Position numbers and translations under genes: made by a program
The notes under the pieces: model-generated
Database searches by the model: none
What the model saw: only the letters and a program-made list of their open reading frames with translations
What the model was told of the DNA's origin: nothing
Shown: positions 1 to 8,780 of the stretch, one piece after another
Layout of the letters: the number at the start of each line of letters is the position of its first letter
How positions within the stretch are numbered: position 1 is the stretch's first letter
Source: Candidatus Hydrogenedentota bacterium
GTDB taxonomy: Bacteria > Hydrogenedentota > Hydrogenedentia > Hydrogenedentales > SLHB01
Assembly: GCA_963745075.1 (NCBI GenBank)
Contig: CAVUWV010000020.1
Location: 1-64,000, forward strand
DNA: 64,000 nucleotides
Direction: 5' to 3'

Positions 1-236
1 GTGCGCTACTCTTACTAGGGGTTCGCCCAGGCCAGCACGACCAAGGACTGGTCCGAGCGGCTTCACGTGGAGGAGGCTACGATGCCGTTGACCGCATTCG
101 CTATCAGACCAACATCACGCCACCGGTGTGGCTTGTGGGATAACTGGGACATTCCCTTGACCGCCTCCTCCGCCCCGCCAGGCGCGGCGGCAAGCCCAAG
201 CGAACCGGTGGAAACGGCGAGGAAGAGTTTAATTCG
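1..236 (+). pseudogene. Degenerate 3' end of a second copy of the Y1/RAYT-like transposase gene
   Basis: Aligns by eye with ~857-1096, e.g. cgccccgccaggcgcggcggcaagcccaagcgaaccggtggaaacggcgaggaagagtttaattcg vs cgccccgccaagcgcggccgcaagcccaagcgaaccggtggaagcggcgaggaagggtttaattcg. The frame is disrupted. Confidence 0.8.
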
Positions 237-237
237 A

Positions 238-283
238 GAAATTCAGGGACAGACTGCGAAGAAATTCAGGGACAGACTACGAA
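238..283. repeat. 23-bp tandem duplication of the left terminal repeat
   Basis: gaaattcagggacagactgcgaa (238-260) is followed by gaaattcagggacagactacgaa (261-283), with 1 mismatch. Confidence 0.9.
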
Positions 284-1115
284 TTAAATTGATTTTGCTG
301 GTTCAGCAGGGATAGAGTGGCGGATATGAGCAGAGTCGCGCGCGTAGTCGTTCCGGGGTATCCGCATCACGTCACCCAGCGGGGGAACCGGAGGGCGGAT
401 GTCTTTGAGACGGAGGATGATCGCCACGCCTACCTGCGGTTCCTGAAGAAGTACGGGGAGCGGCATGGACTGGACATCTGGGCGTACTGCCTGATGACGA
501 ACCACATTCACCTCGTCGCGGTGCCGGAACGCGAGGAGTCGCTGGCCCGCGCGTTGCGCGACGCGCACACGGTGTACGCCATGCGTTTCAACACGCGCAC
601 CCAACTGAGCGGCCACGTGTGGCAAGGGCGTTTTTATTCGTGCACACTGGACGAAGCGCATTTGTGGGCGGCGGTCCGGTACGTCGAGCGCAACCCCGTC
701 CGCGCGGGAATGGTCGACCGGGCCGAAGACCACCCCTGGTCCAGCGCGCGCGCCCATTGCGGTTTGGGACTGTCCCAAGCGAAGCGGAGCGGAGACGGGA
801 CTGTCCCTATCCGGGCCCGCACCACCGACGGCACTTGCGCAACTGAGCTAGACCCACTACTATCGAAGGAGTTTCCCCCGCCCGGCGTTATCGAGGACTG
901 GGCGCAATGGCTTCGTGTGGAGGATGACCCCGATGCCGTCGATCGCATTCGCCGCCAGACCCGCACCGGACGCCCCTGCGGCGGGAGCCGGTTCGTGGCC
1001 CAACTGGAACATCGCCTGGGCCGCCTCCTGCGCCCCGCCAAGCGCGGCCGCAAGCCCAAGCGAACCGGTGGAAGCGGCGAGGAAGGGTTTAATTCGTAGT
1101 CTGTCCCTGAATTTC
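261..1115 (+). mobile_element. Y1/HUH transposase element with perfect 28-bp terminal inverted repeats
   Basis: gaaattcagggacagactacgaattaaa (261-288) is the exact reverse complement of tttaattcgtagtctgtccctgaatttc (1088-1115). The pair encloses the transposase gene. Confidence 0.8.
326..1099 (+). CDS. REP-associated tyrosine transposase-like protein (Y1_Tnp, HUH superfamily)
   Basis: Motifs PHHVTQRGNRR, YCLMTNHIHL (HUH), WQGRFYS, YVERNPVRAG (catalytic Tyr) and WSSA. Start is ATG 326 or GTG 317. Confidence 0.93.
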   Translation: MSRVARVVVPGYPHHVTQRGNRRADVFETEDDRHAYLRFLKKYGERHGLDIWAYCLMTNHIHLVAVPEREESLARALRDAHTVYAMRFNTRTQLSGHVWQGRFYSCTLDEAHLWAAVRYVERNPVRAGMVDRAEDHPWSSARAHCGLGLSQAKRSGDGTVPIRARTTDGTCATELDPLLSKEFPPPGVIEDWAQWLRVEDDPDAVDRIRRQTRTGRPCGGSRFVAQLEHRLGRLLRPAKRGRKPKRTGGSGEEGFNS

Positions 1116-1143
1116 CCCTGAATGGTGGATATGTAATTCTATC

Positions 1144-1553
1144 TGGGGACAGTAACCATTTATTGCAGCTGGACCTGGGCGGGTGGTTCGAGGCGACGCC
1201 CGCCTCGAACTGGAAGGGCACGCTCACAGCCTTCGCCGATTCCGGCCCCAAGGCGGACCTCCTTCGCCTGCACACGCGTACGGGCCGTCCCCTCGGCGGC
1301 GATTCGCTTCTCAGCAAGGTAGAAACCTACCTCGGCCGCCGTGTCCGCGCCATCCCGCGCGGGCGCCCCCACGGCAGCAAAGACACGTTCCCGCGCAAGC
1401 GACGGTAAACGAGACCGTGCGCGAAACCGATTGCGCATTTCGGGCGCCAGTAGTAGTATTGCAAAAGGATCACGGATGCACGGGCCCATCGGAATTCACG
1501 CACCCGGCATCGAGCGTCAAGGAGGGGACTGCAATAAATGGTTACTGTCCCCA
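1144..1553 (+). mobile_element. Non-autonomous element with perfect 25-bp inverted repeats carrying a transposase 3' fragment
   Basis: tggggacagtaaccatttattgcag (1144-1168) pairs with ctgcaataaatggttactgtcccca (1529-1553). Internal ORF 1163-1408 (LRLHTRTGRPLGGDSLLSKVETYLGRR..RGRP) resembles the RAYT C-terminus (IRRQTRTGRPCGG..LEHRLGR..RGRK). Confidence 0.75.
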
Positions 1554-1628
1554 TTTATTCCTTTGCCGCCTTCGCCGATGCGTAGCGCCGTATCGAAGGC
1601 TGCCAAGGCGGCGTGTACCAAGGGGAGA

Positions 1629-1682
1629 GGGACAGACCCCGTGTTTTGCTCCGAAGACTCCGCAAAAGACGGGGTCAGTCCC
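1629..1682. repeat. GGGACAG-ended palindromic mini-element (21-bp arms)
   Basis: gggacagaccccgtgttttgc / gcaaaagacggggtcagtccc, 2 mismatches, 12-nt loop. Confidence 0.75.
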
Positions 1683-1749
1683 GATTGCGGGGCCGCTGCT
1701 GTGGACGGCGTGGTATAGTACGCGGATCAAGCACCCCATCGAGGAGATT

Positions 1750-2556
1750 ATGCATCCGGTTCTGTTTGAATTCGCGGGGATCACCATCGGCTCGTATTCG
1801 GTGCTATTGGCGATTGCGATTGTCGTGAGCGTTTCGCTGGCGGTGCGCGAGGCGGAACGCCGCCATCTGCCCATCACGTATCCGATGGCAGTGTTGGTAC
1901 TTTTGGGTGCGTTATTCGGGGCGAGGGTCTTCTGGATTCTTCAATTCAGCGAGCCGAGTCAGCTCTGGCGCGCGGTAATCCTGTGGTCGCCGGGCCTTGT
2001 CTTCTACGGCGGTTTGGTGGGCGGAAACCTGGTGCTATTGGTCGCGCTTCGATACCGGGGAGCGCCACTCTGGCCGTCACTGGATGTCGTGGCGCCGCAC
2101 GCGGCGCTGGGGGAGGGAATCGCGCGGATCGGGTGTTTCCTTGCGGGTTGCTGCTGGGGCCGGGTTTGCACGGTGCCGTGGGGGGTGCGGTTTCCGGCGG
2201 GAAGTTTCGCCTACGTGGACCACCTGGATGCGGGTCTACTCGATAACACCGGAGCCACCTCGCTGCCGGTCCATCCGACTCAACTGTATATGGCGTTAGG
2301 CCTTGCCGCGATTTATGTAACGCTGCTACTCCTTCTCCACCGAAAACACCGGGCAGGGACGGTGGTGACGGCGTATATCGCGCTGTACGGTCTGCTGCGC
2401 TTCACGGTCGAGGCATTCCGTGGAGACAGCGCGCGACCATTTCTGGGCATGACCGTCTCGCAGGTAATCAGCGGGGTATGCTTTTTTGCAGGGCTTGTCG
2501 TTTTGCTCCGTCTCCTGATTCGGCACGAGACCATCGTGACTTCCAAAACGCCATAG
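1750..2556 (+). CDS. lgt: Prolipoprotein diacylglyceryl transferase
   Basis: MHPVLF start with GAGGAG RBS; GLVFYGG, RIGCFLAGCCWG, HPTQLY and RFTVEAFRGD motifs. Confidence 0.92.
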   Translation: MHPVLFEFAGITIGSYSVLLAIAIVVSVSLAVREAERRHLPITYPMAVLVLLGALFGARVFWILQFSEPSQLWRAVILWSPGLVFYGGLVGGNLVLLVALRYRGAPLWPSLDVVAPHAALGEGIARIGCFLAGCCWGRVCTVPWGVRFPAGSFAYVDHLDAGLLDNTGATSLPVHPTQLYMALGLAAIYVTLLLLLHRKHRAGTVVTAYIALYGLLRFTVEAFRGDSARPFLGMTVSQVISGVCFFAGLVVLLRLLIRHETIVTSKTP

Positions 2557-2686
2557 ATCTACGCGGTCGGCGACCGCGTGACTACGGTTTGGACGATCGA
2601 TCGCGTTCTTGCATGGCCGTGCTGGGCCGCGTATTCTGCTGGCGGTTAACCTTCCGATACCTGCAAGAATAGGACTTGGAGTACCG

Positions 2687-3454
2687 ATGACGACACTGGT
2701 TTCGTGGAATGTGAATGGGATTCGCGCGGCGGGGCGCAATGGTTTTTTGGACTGGCTGGACCGGGAACAGCCGGACGTGCTGTGCGTACAGGAAATCAAG
2801 GCGAATGCGGAGGATGTACCGCCGGAATTGCGCGAACCGAAGGGGTACGGGAGCGTATTGCAGTCCGCGAAGAAGAAGGGCTACAGCGGAGTCGCCACGT
2901 ACTTTCGGACGACGAAGGAGCCGCTTTCCGTTAAACCGATGGGCATTGCGGAGTTCGACGACGAGGGCCGCGTGCAACTCGTTGAATACCCGGACTTCAC
3001 GATAATCAACGCCTACTATCCAAATTCCCAGGCGGAACGCGCGCGTATCGATTACAAACTGGCGTTCTGCAAGACGATGCTGAAACTATGCAACAAGTTG
3101 CGCAAGAAGGGTACGAACGTTGTTGTGTGCGGCGATTTTAATATCGCGCACAAGGAAATCGATCTGGCGCGACCGAAGGACAACCGCAACAGCCCCGGCT
3201 TTTATCCCGAGGAATGTGCGAGCATGGACGACTTCGTGAACGCGGGGTACGTCGACACGTTCCGTCAGTTCAATCCGGAGCCGGAGCAATACACGTGGTG
3301 GTCGTATCGGTCTCGCGCGCGGGAAAAGAACATCGGCTGGAGGATCGACTATCACTGTGTGAACGCGGAGTTCATGCCGAAGGTCAAGGCGTCGCGAATT
3401 CACGCGGATGTGATGGGTTCCGACCACTGTCCCGTGTCGATCGCCGTGAAATAA
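2687..3454 (+). CDS. xth: Exodeoxyribonuclease III
   Basis: SWNVNGIRA, QEIKA, GYSGVA, GDFNIAH, YTWWSYR, GWRIDY and SDHCPV motifs. Confidence 0.96.
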   Translation: MTTLVSWNVNGIRAAGRNGFLDWLDREQPDVLCVQEIKANAEDVPPELREPKGYGSVLQSAKKKGYSGVATYFRTTKEPLSVKPMGIAEFDDEGRVQLVEYPDFTIINAYYPNSQAERARIDYKLAFCKTMLKLCNKLRKKGTNVVVCGDFNIAHKEIDLARPKDNRNSPGFYPEECASMDDFVNAGYVDTFRQFNPEPEQYTWWSYRSRAREKNIGWRIDYHCVNAEFMPKVKASRIHADVMGSDHCPVSIAVK

Positions 3455-3458
3455 GCCG

Positions 3459-4055
3459 ATGAAATCGCAAGTCACAACAAAGCGTGGGGACGGGGGCGAA
3501 ACGACGACCCTTGGGGGCGAGACGCTGCCCAAGTCGCATCCCATCGTGGAATGCACGGGGTGCGTCGACGAAGCCCGGGCGTATACGGCCCTCTTGCGTC
3601 TCCGTGTGCTCGAACAAGAACCGGAGCAGTACGAACATTGCGCCGAATTCTTGTGGTGGTTGATCCACACGTACTTCCTGATCGGCGCAAGCTGCAACGA
3701 TCCGAGTAACCGCCATCCTGAGTTTCGGCGCGGCGCCATTGGGAAAGCGCACATCGAGCGGCTGGAAGCCGAGCAGGAACGCTTAGAGAATGCGGTGAAG
3801 TTGCCGCGCCAGTTTATCGCCACGGCCGTGAATCCGTTGGCCGGCGAAACCGACGTTCTGGTCACGATCGTGCGCCGCCTCGAACGGTCCGTGGTACACT
3901 TGAAAGAGGCGGTTCCGGAATTCGACTGCGCGTCGATCCTTACGTTCGTGAATCGTCTGAGCGACACGCTGTACATGCTCGCCCGATATTTTGAAAACGG
4001 GCAACACCTTACCGTGGACTATTCCGTGTTGGACGAGGACACGACGGAATCGTGA
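3459..4055 (+). CDS. PduO-type ATP:cob(I)alamin adenosyltransferase family protein
   Basis: TTKRGDGGET, G.VDE, RRLER and NRLSDTLYMLAR motifs. Confidence 0.85.
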   Translation: MKSQVTTKRGDGGETTTLGGETLPKSHPIVECTGCVDEARAYTALLRLRVLEQEPEQYEHCAEFLWWLIHTYFLIGASCNDPSNRHPEFRRGAIGKAHIERLEAEQERLENAVKLPRQFIATAVNPLAGETDVLVTIVRRLERSVVHLKEAVPEFDCASILTFVNRLSDTLYMLARYFENGQHLTVDYSVLDEDTTES

Positions 4056-4142
4056 GCCTGCGGAACGCGGCCTTCGAACGTGTGGTACACTTTCCAGTGA
4101 GATCAACAGGTTGAGGGTCTGCGCGAACCACCAGGAAGAATC

Positions 4143-4778
4143 ATGGCTAAGTTTTTGCCATTATTTCCGTTACAACTCGTCGTATTTCCGGGAGAGAAGC
4201 TCAAGCTTCATATCTTCGAGCCACGGTACAAACAACTCATCGGGGAGTGCCGAGACCGCGACATCACCTTCGGGATTCCAGCGTATATCGAAGGGAAAGT
4301 TGCCGAGTATGGCACGGAGGTGCGGCTTCTCCAGGTATTCAAGACCTATGACGACGGTGAAATGGATGTGCTGGTCGAAGGAACCAACGCGATTCAGTTG
4401 CTGCGATTCCAACGGCTGGTGGCGGACAAGCTCTATTCGGGCGGTGACGTGGTTGTGTTGGAAAACGATCCGGTTGCTTATCAGGTAACGATCGATGAGT
4501 TGGCGCTGCAGTATGGCCGGTTTCACGAGCTTCTCCGATCCGGGTATACGCGGGACCGGTTCAACGTCAATAACCTATCCTTTCACGTTGCGCAGGAAGT
4601 GGGATTGACCATCCAACAGAAGGTCCAGTTGCTCTCCATCCCGAAGGAATCCGAACGGCAATTGATGCTGCTCGAACATCTCCACACCGTGATTCCCGTC
4701 CTGGAAGGCGCCGACGAGACCCGCAAACGGGTCAAAGGCAACGGACACTTTAAGATGTTGCCACCGTTGGACCTCTGA
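4143..4778 (+). CDS. LON peptidase substrate-binding domain protein
   Basis: LPLFPLQLVVFPG..LHIFEPRY motif. Confidence 0.9.
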   Translation: MAKFLPLFPLQLVVFPGEKLKLHIFEPRYKQLIGECRDRDITFGIPAYIEGKVAEYGTEVRLLQVFKTYDDGEMDVLVEGTNAIQLLRFQRLVADKLYSGGDVVVLENDPVAYQVTIDELALQYGRFHELLRSGYTRDRFNVNNLSFHVAQEVGLTIQQKVQLLSIPKESERQLMLLEHLHTVIPVLEGADETRKRVKGNGHFKMLPPLDL

Positions 4779-4878
4779 GCGTCAACGGCGTGCCGTTTCA
4801 GTGCGAGTCTTTGATCGGTTGGCACGCTATTGATAGACTGATCCCCGGGTGAACGATATGTCGCCCGGGAGGTGCATT

Positions 4879-5703
4879 ATGGGTACTTCAAACTTGCGCA
4901 AAGCCGCCGTGGCGGGCCAGTTTTACCCCGGTGAGCCTGAGAAGCTCCGGCGTGTGGCGGAAGAATACATCGAAAGCGCCGGGGTTGAACCTACTCCGGA
5001 TCGAGTGACAACCATCGTCAGCCCCCACGCGGGTTATGTTTATTCGGGGCCGACCGCCGGCCATGCGTTCGCCCGGGTCAAAGGGAAGGAGCCGAGACGG
5101 GTGATCCTGCTGGGGTGCTCGCATCGGCACCCCATCGGTACGGCATCGGTTTATACCAGCGGCGGTTTTGAAACGCCTTTGGGAATCTTTCCGATCGACG
5201 AGCCGTTCGCGGCGACACTCGCGAGGGAGCTGCATTCGGAGACCGAGGAACCGCACCGTCTGGAGCACGCGCTGGAGGTTCAGTTGCCGTTCCTCGCCGT
5301 GGCGGTTGGGTTGGTCCCGATCGTGCCCGTGCTGTTCGGTGGGCCGGCGACGAAATGGCATGCCGAAATTGGGCAACGACTGGCGGAACTGGTCGATCCC
5401 GAGGACCTTATCGTTGCATCAACGGATCTGTCGCACTACCTTTCCGAAGACGAGGCGAACGCTCTTGACGGACACTCGTTGGAAACGGTCTTGTCGCAGG
5501 ACTGGAAGGCGTTCACCCGGGAGATCGAAGGCCGCACCTGTTCGATGTGCGGCGCTTCGGCGGTAACGTCCGCGATGACATATGCGCTGGCGCAACAATC
5601 CGATACGTGGCGCCTGCTGGATTATCGGACAAGCGGCGCCGCGTCGGGCGACTTCTCGCGCGTCGTGGGTTATGCGGCGCTTTCCATGGAGCGAGTCGCA
5701 TGA
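4879..5703 (+). CDS. amrB: MEMO1 family protein (AmmeMemoRadiSam system protein B)
   Basis: AVAGQFYP, PHAGYVYSG, EHALEVQLPFL, STDLSHY, MCG and VVGYA motifs; GGAGGT RBS. Confidence 0.9.
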   Translation: MGTSNLRKAAVAGQFYPGEPEKLRRVAEEYIESAGVEPTPDRVTTIVSPHAGYVYSGPTAGHAFARVKGKEPRRVILLGCSHRHPIGTASVYTSGGFETPLGIFPIDEPFAATLARELHSETEEPHRLEHALEVQLPFLAVAVGLVPIVPVLFGGPATKWHAEIGQRLAELVDPEDLIVASTDLSHYLSEDEANALDGHSLETVLSQDWKAFTREIEGRTCSMCGASAVTSAMTYALAQQSDTWRLLDYRTSGAASGDFSRVVGYAALSMERVA

Positions 5704-6800
5704 CGGTCCGCGAAGTCTGCGAGGCCATCGAGCGCCTGGCGCCGCCCGGCCTGGCGTATTCCTGGGACCGGATCGGGCTGAGTTGCGGCCATCCGGATCG
5801 GAATGTAACGGGCGTCGTCGTTGCGTTGACGGTGACGCGGGATGTCCTGAAGACCGCGCGGCGCGCCAAGGCCAATCTAATCGTATCCCACCATCCGCTC
5901 GTCTGGGAGCCGCTGCGGAGCCTTCGGACGGACGATCCGCACACGGCGTTGTGTATCGATATCGCGTCGGCGGGTATCGCGTGTTATGCGGCCCACACGA
6001 ATCTTGACGTAGTGCCGGGCGGGGTCAATACGGTGCTTGCGAATCGGCTGAATCTGACCGACTGTCAACCACTGATTCCGGTGAAGCACGCGACCCAAGT
6101 CAAGCTCGTCTGTTTCGTTCCGGAATCGCATCTGGCGGACGTGCGCAACGCAGTGTGTAGCGCGGGCGCAGGGGTGATTGGCGATTACACGCATTGTTCG
6201 TTCAGCGCACCGGGGGTCGGCACGTTCGTGCCGGGCGACAAGTCGCGCCCATTCTCGGGAATGAAGCATACGGTCAATGAGGAACCGGAACGGCGTTTCG
6301 AGGTGCTCGCGCCGCAGGCTCGGCTGGCCAGGGTGATTCAAGCATTGATGCGAACCCATCCGTACGAAGAACCGGCGTACGACGTGATCCCGTTGGAAGG
6401 GCCGGATCGCGCGATTTCGCTGGGGCTCCGGGGGCGGTTGTCGCGGCCGCTGACATTGAAGCGGTTTGCGTCAAACGTGCGCGAGGCGCTGGATGCCGCA
6501 CACGTCCGCGTTGTGGGAGACGGGACGCAACGGGTGCAGACCGTGGGCGTGTTGGGCGGCGCGGGGGGAAGCGAGATTGATTCGATTCCTGCGGGAATCG
6601 ACGTATTTGTGACGGGCGACGTAGATTATCATGAGGCAATGGCCGCGCTGGACCGGGGCCTATGTGTCGTCGACGCGGGACACGTGGGGACGGAAAAATG
6701 GATCGTGCCCGCCCTCGCTCAGTATTTGAAGTCTGAGTTTCCAAAGCTTCGGGTTACGGGTTGTGAGGAACCGGACCCTTTCCACGTCATCGCGCATTAG
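5700..6800 (+). CDS. Nif3-like dinuclear metal centre protein with PII-like insert (YqfO type)
   Basis: WDRIGL, SHHPL, HTNLD, HPYEEPAYD, TGD and GHVGTE motifs; ATGA overlap with the upstream gene. Confidence 0.92.
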   Translation: MTVREVCEAIERLAPPGLAYSWDRIGLSCGHPDRNVTGVVVALTVTRDVLKTARRAKANLIVSHHPLVWEPLRSLRTDDPHTALCIDIASAGIACYAAHTNLDVVPGGVNTVLANRLNLTDCQPLIPVKHATQVKLVCFVPESHLADVRNAVCSAGAGVIGDYTHCSFSAPGVGTFVPGDKSRPFSGMKHTVNEEPERRFEVLAPQARLARVIQALMRTHPYEEPAYDVIPLEGPDRAISLGLRGRLSRPLTLKRFASNVREALDAAHVRVVGDGTQRVQTVGVLGGAGGSEIDSIPAGIDVFVTGDVDYHEAMAALDRGLCVVDAGHVGTEKWIVPALAQYLKSEFPKLRVTGCEEPDPFHVIAH

Positions 6801-6816
6801 CGGAAGAGGAACACGC

Positions 6817-8283
6817 ATGTCCGGACCACTGAATATTCTGTACGTGAGTTCTGAAGTTGTGCCTTTTATGAAGACGGGCGGGCTTGCCGATGTTTCCGAA
6901 GCGCTCCCGCGTGCGCTCCGGGCGCAGGGACATGATGTGCGCGTGGTGTTGCCGTGTTACGGCACGATTCCCGATGACCTGAAAGGAGAACGCTCGGGAC
7001 CGTGCTCGGCCCGCGTCAATGGGGATACGCGATTCGCGGCGTGGCGCACGTCCAAGTTTCCGGGCACCGATATTCCGGTCTATTTGATCGAGCACGACCA
7101 CTACTTCTGGCGGGACCATCCCTACGGAGAAGGCAACACGGAGTATCCGGACAATCTGGAGCGTTTCTGCTTCTTCTGTCTCGCCGTCCTCGATTTCGTA
7201 CCGCAAACCGGGTGGGTCCCGGATATCGTGCACTGCCACGACTGGCACACGGCGCCGATTCCGGCCTATATCAAGACGCGCTATATCGATCATCCGTTCT
7301 GGGGGAATACGCCGACCTTATTCACGATCCACAATCTGGCGTATCAGGGCCGGTTCGCCTCCTCCCTTTTGCCGAAAACGGGGCTCGGGTGGGAGCTGTT
7401 TTCCCCGAAATACCTGGAGTTCTATGGCGACATCAATTTGATGAAAGCAGGGGTAATCTTCGCGTCAAAGCTCAATGCGGTGAGCCACACTTATGCGAAG
7501 GAGATTCAAACCGATTTGGCGGGGTTTGGACTTGAGGGCGTCTTGCGAACGCGCGCCGCGGACTTGATTGGGATTCGGAATGGCGTCGATCTCGCGGTCT
7601 GGAACCCCGAGAACGACCGGCTCATCAAGCGAAACTACAGCGTGTCCGATCTTTCCGGCAAGGCGGCCTGCAAGTCAGCTCTTCAAAAGCGGGCGAAACT
7701 TTCCGAACGAGACGTGCCGGTGTTCGGGATGGTGTCGCGGCTCGTATGGGACAAGGGCATCCCACTTCTCCTGTCTACCATCGAGCGCATGCTGAAAGAG
7801 GAAATTCAAGTCGTGTTGCTTGGCTCGGGGGACGCCACCCTGGAAGGCGCGCTTCAACAGTTGACCGGGAAATATCCGGAGAAACTCTCGGTGACGATTG
7901 GGTATAACGAGGAGATGGCCCACCACGTGTATGCCGGAAGCGACTTCTACCTCATGCCGTCGCGCACGGAACCGTGCGGGCTGAGCCAGATGTACGCCAT
8001 GCTTTACGGCACGGCGCCGGTCGTCCATAAAACGGGTGGGCTTGCCGATACGGTCACCGATACCACATCCAGGACGATAGCCGATGGCAGCGCCACGGGG
8101 TTCGTCTTCAGCACGTGGACGGAACGGTCGCTTCTCAATGCATTCAGTCGCGCAACGCGCATGTATCGCGAACCGGAAACGTTGCGTGTGTTGCGGTGCA
8201 ACGGTATGCGGCAGGACTTCTCGTGGAGCAGTTCCGCCAAGCAATATGTGCAACTGTTTCGCGAAGCGATGGCGGCCCCGTGA
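6817..8283 (+). CDS. glgA: Glycogen synthase
   Basis: KTGGLADV, HCHDWH, TIHNLAYQG, PSRTEPCGLSQ and TGGLADTV motifs. Confidence 0.95.
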   Translation: MSGPLNILYVSSEVVPFMKTGGLADVSEALPRALRAQGHDVRVVLPCYGTIPDDLKGERSGPCSARVNGDTRFAAWRTSKFPGTDIPVYLIEHDHYFWRDHPYGEGNTEYPDNLERFCFFCLAVLDFVPQTGWVPDIVHCHDWHTAPIPAYIKTRYIDHPFWGNTPTLFTIHNLAYQGRFASSLLPKTGLGWELFSPKYLEFYGDINLMKAGVIFASKLNAVSHTYAKEIQTDLAGFGLEGVLRTRAADLIGIRNGVDLAVWNPENDRLIKRNYSVSDLSGKAACKSALQKRAKLSERDVPVFGMVSRLVWDKGIPLLLSTIERMLKEEIQVVLLGSGDATLEGALQQLTGKYPEKLSVTIGYNEEMAHHVYAGSDFYLMPSRTEPCGLSQMYAMLYGTAPVVHKTGGLADTVTDTTSRTIADGSATGFVFSTWTERSLLNAFSRATRMYREPETLRVLRCNGMRQDFSWSSSAKQYVQLFREAMAAP

Positions 8284-8780
8284 GCGATTCGGACTTGGTT
8301 CTGGTTACCGGTTCGCCGGAGGAAACGGAACGGCTGGGTGAACACCTGGCGACGCTTCTGGCGCGTACGGGGGGAACGGTTGCGCTTCGCGGGGAACTCG
8401 CGGCGGGGAAAACCTGTCTCGTTCGCGGGATGGCGCGGGCGTTTGCGGGCGAAGAGGCCATCCACAGTCCCACCTTCACGCTGGTCAACGAATACGGATC
8501 GGACCGGCGGCTTTTCCATATGGATCTGTATCGATTGGGAGGTTGCGAAGAAGTTGCGGAACTCGGCTGCGAAGAGTTGTTTGAAAGCGAGAATCTTTGC
8601 GCCGTGGAATGGGCCGAGCGCGCGGAACCCTTGTTGCCGGAACGCCGGGTGGACATCCTGCTCGAACACGATGGGGCCGACCGGCGGCGCGTTACGATTC
8701 GGGACCGCGGATTGCTGCCAATCGGTTGGCGCGAGACGATCGCACAACAGGAAGTGCCGGGCGGCGCGTCAGAGGCGTAG
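8280..8780 (+). CDS. tsaE: tRNA threonylcarbamoyladenosine biosynthesis ATPase
   Basis: GELAAGKT, SPTFTLVNEY, HMDLYRL and VEWAER motifs; GTG start overlaps the glgA stop. Confidence 0.93.
   Translation: MSDSDLVLVTGSPEETERLGEHLATLLARTGGTVALRGELAAGKTCLVRGMARAFAGEEAIHSPTFTLVNEYGSDRRLFHMDLYRLGGCEEVAELGCEELFESENLCAVEWAERAEPLLPERRVDILLEHDGADRRRVTIRDRGLLPIGWRETIAQQEVPGGASEA

Noticed and set aside
1183..1749. N-terminal 189-aa extension of the lgt ORF in the ORF track
   Set aside because: It is read-through across mobile-element DNA. The real start is ATG 1750 with a GAGGAG RBS.
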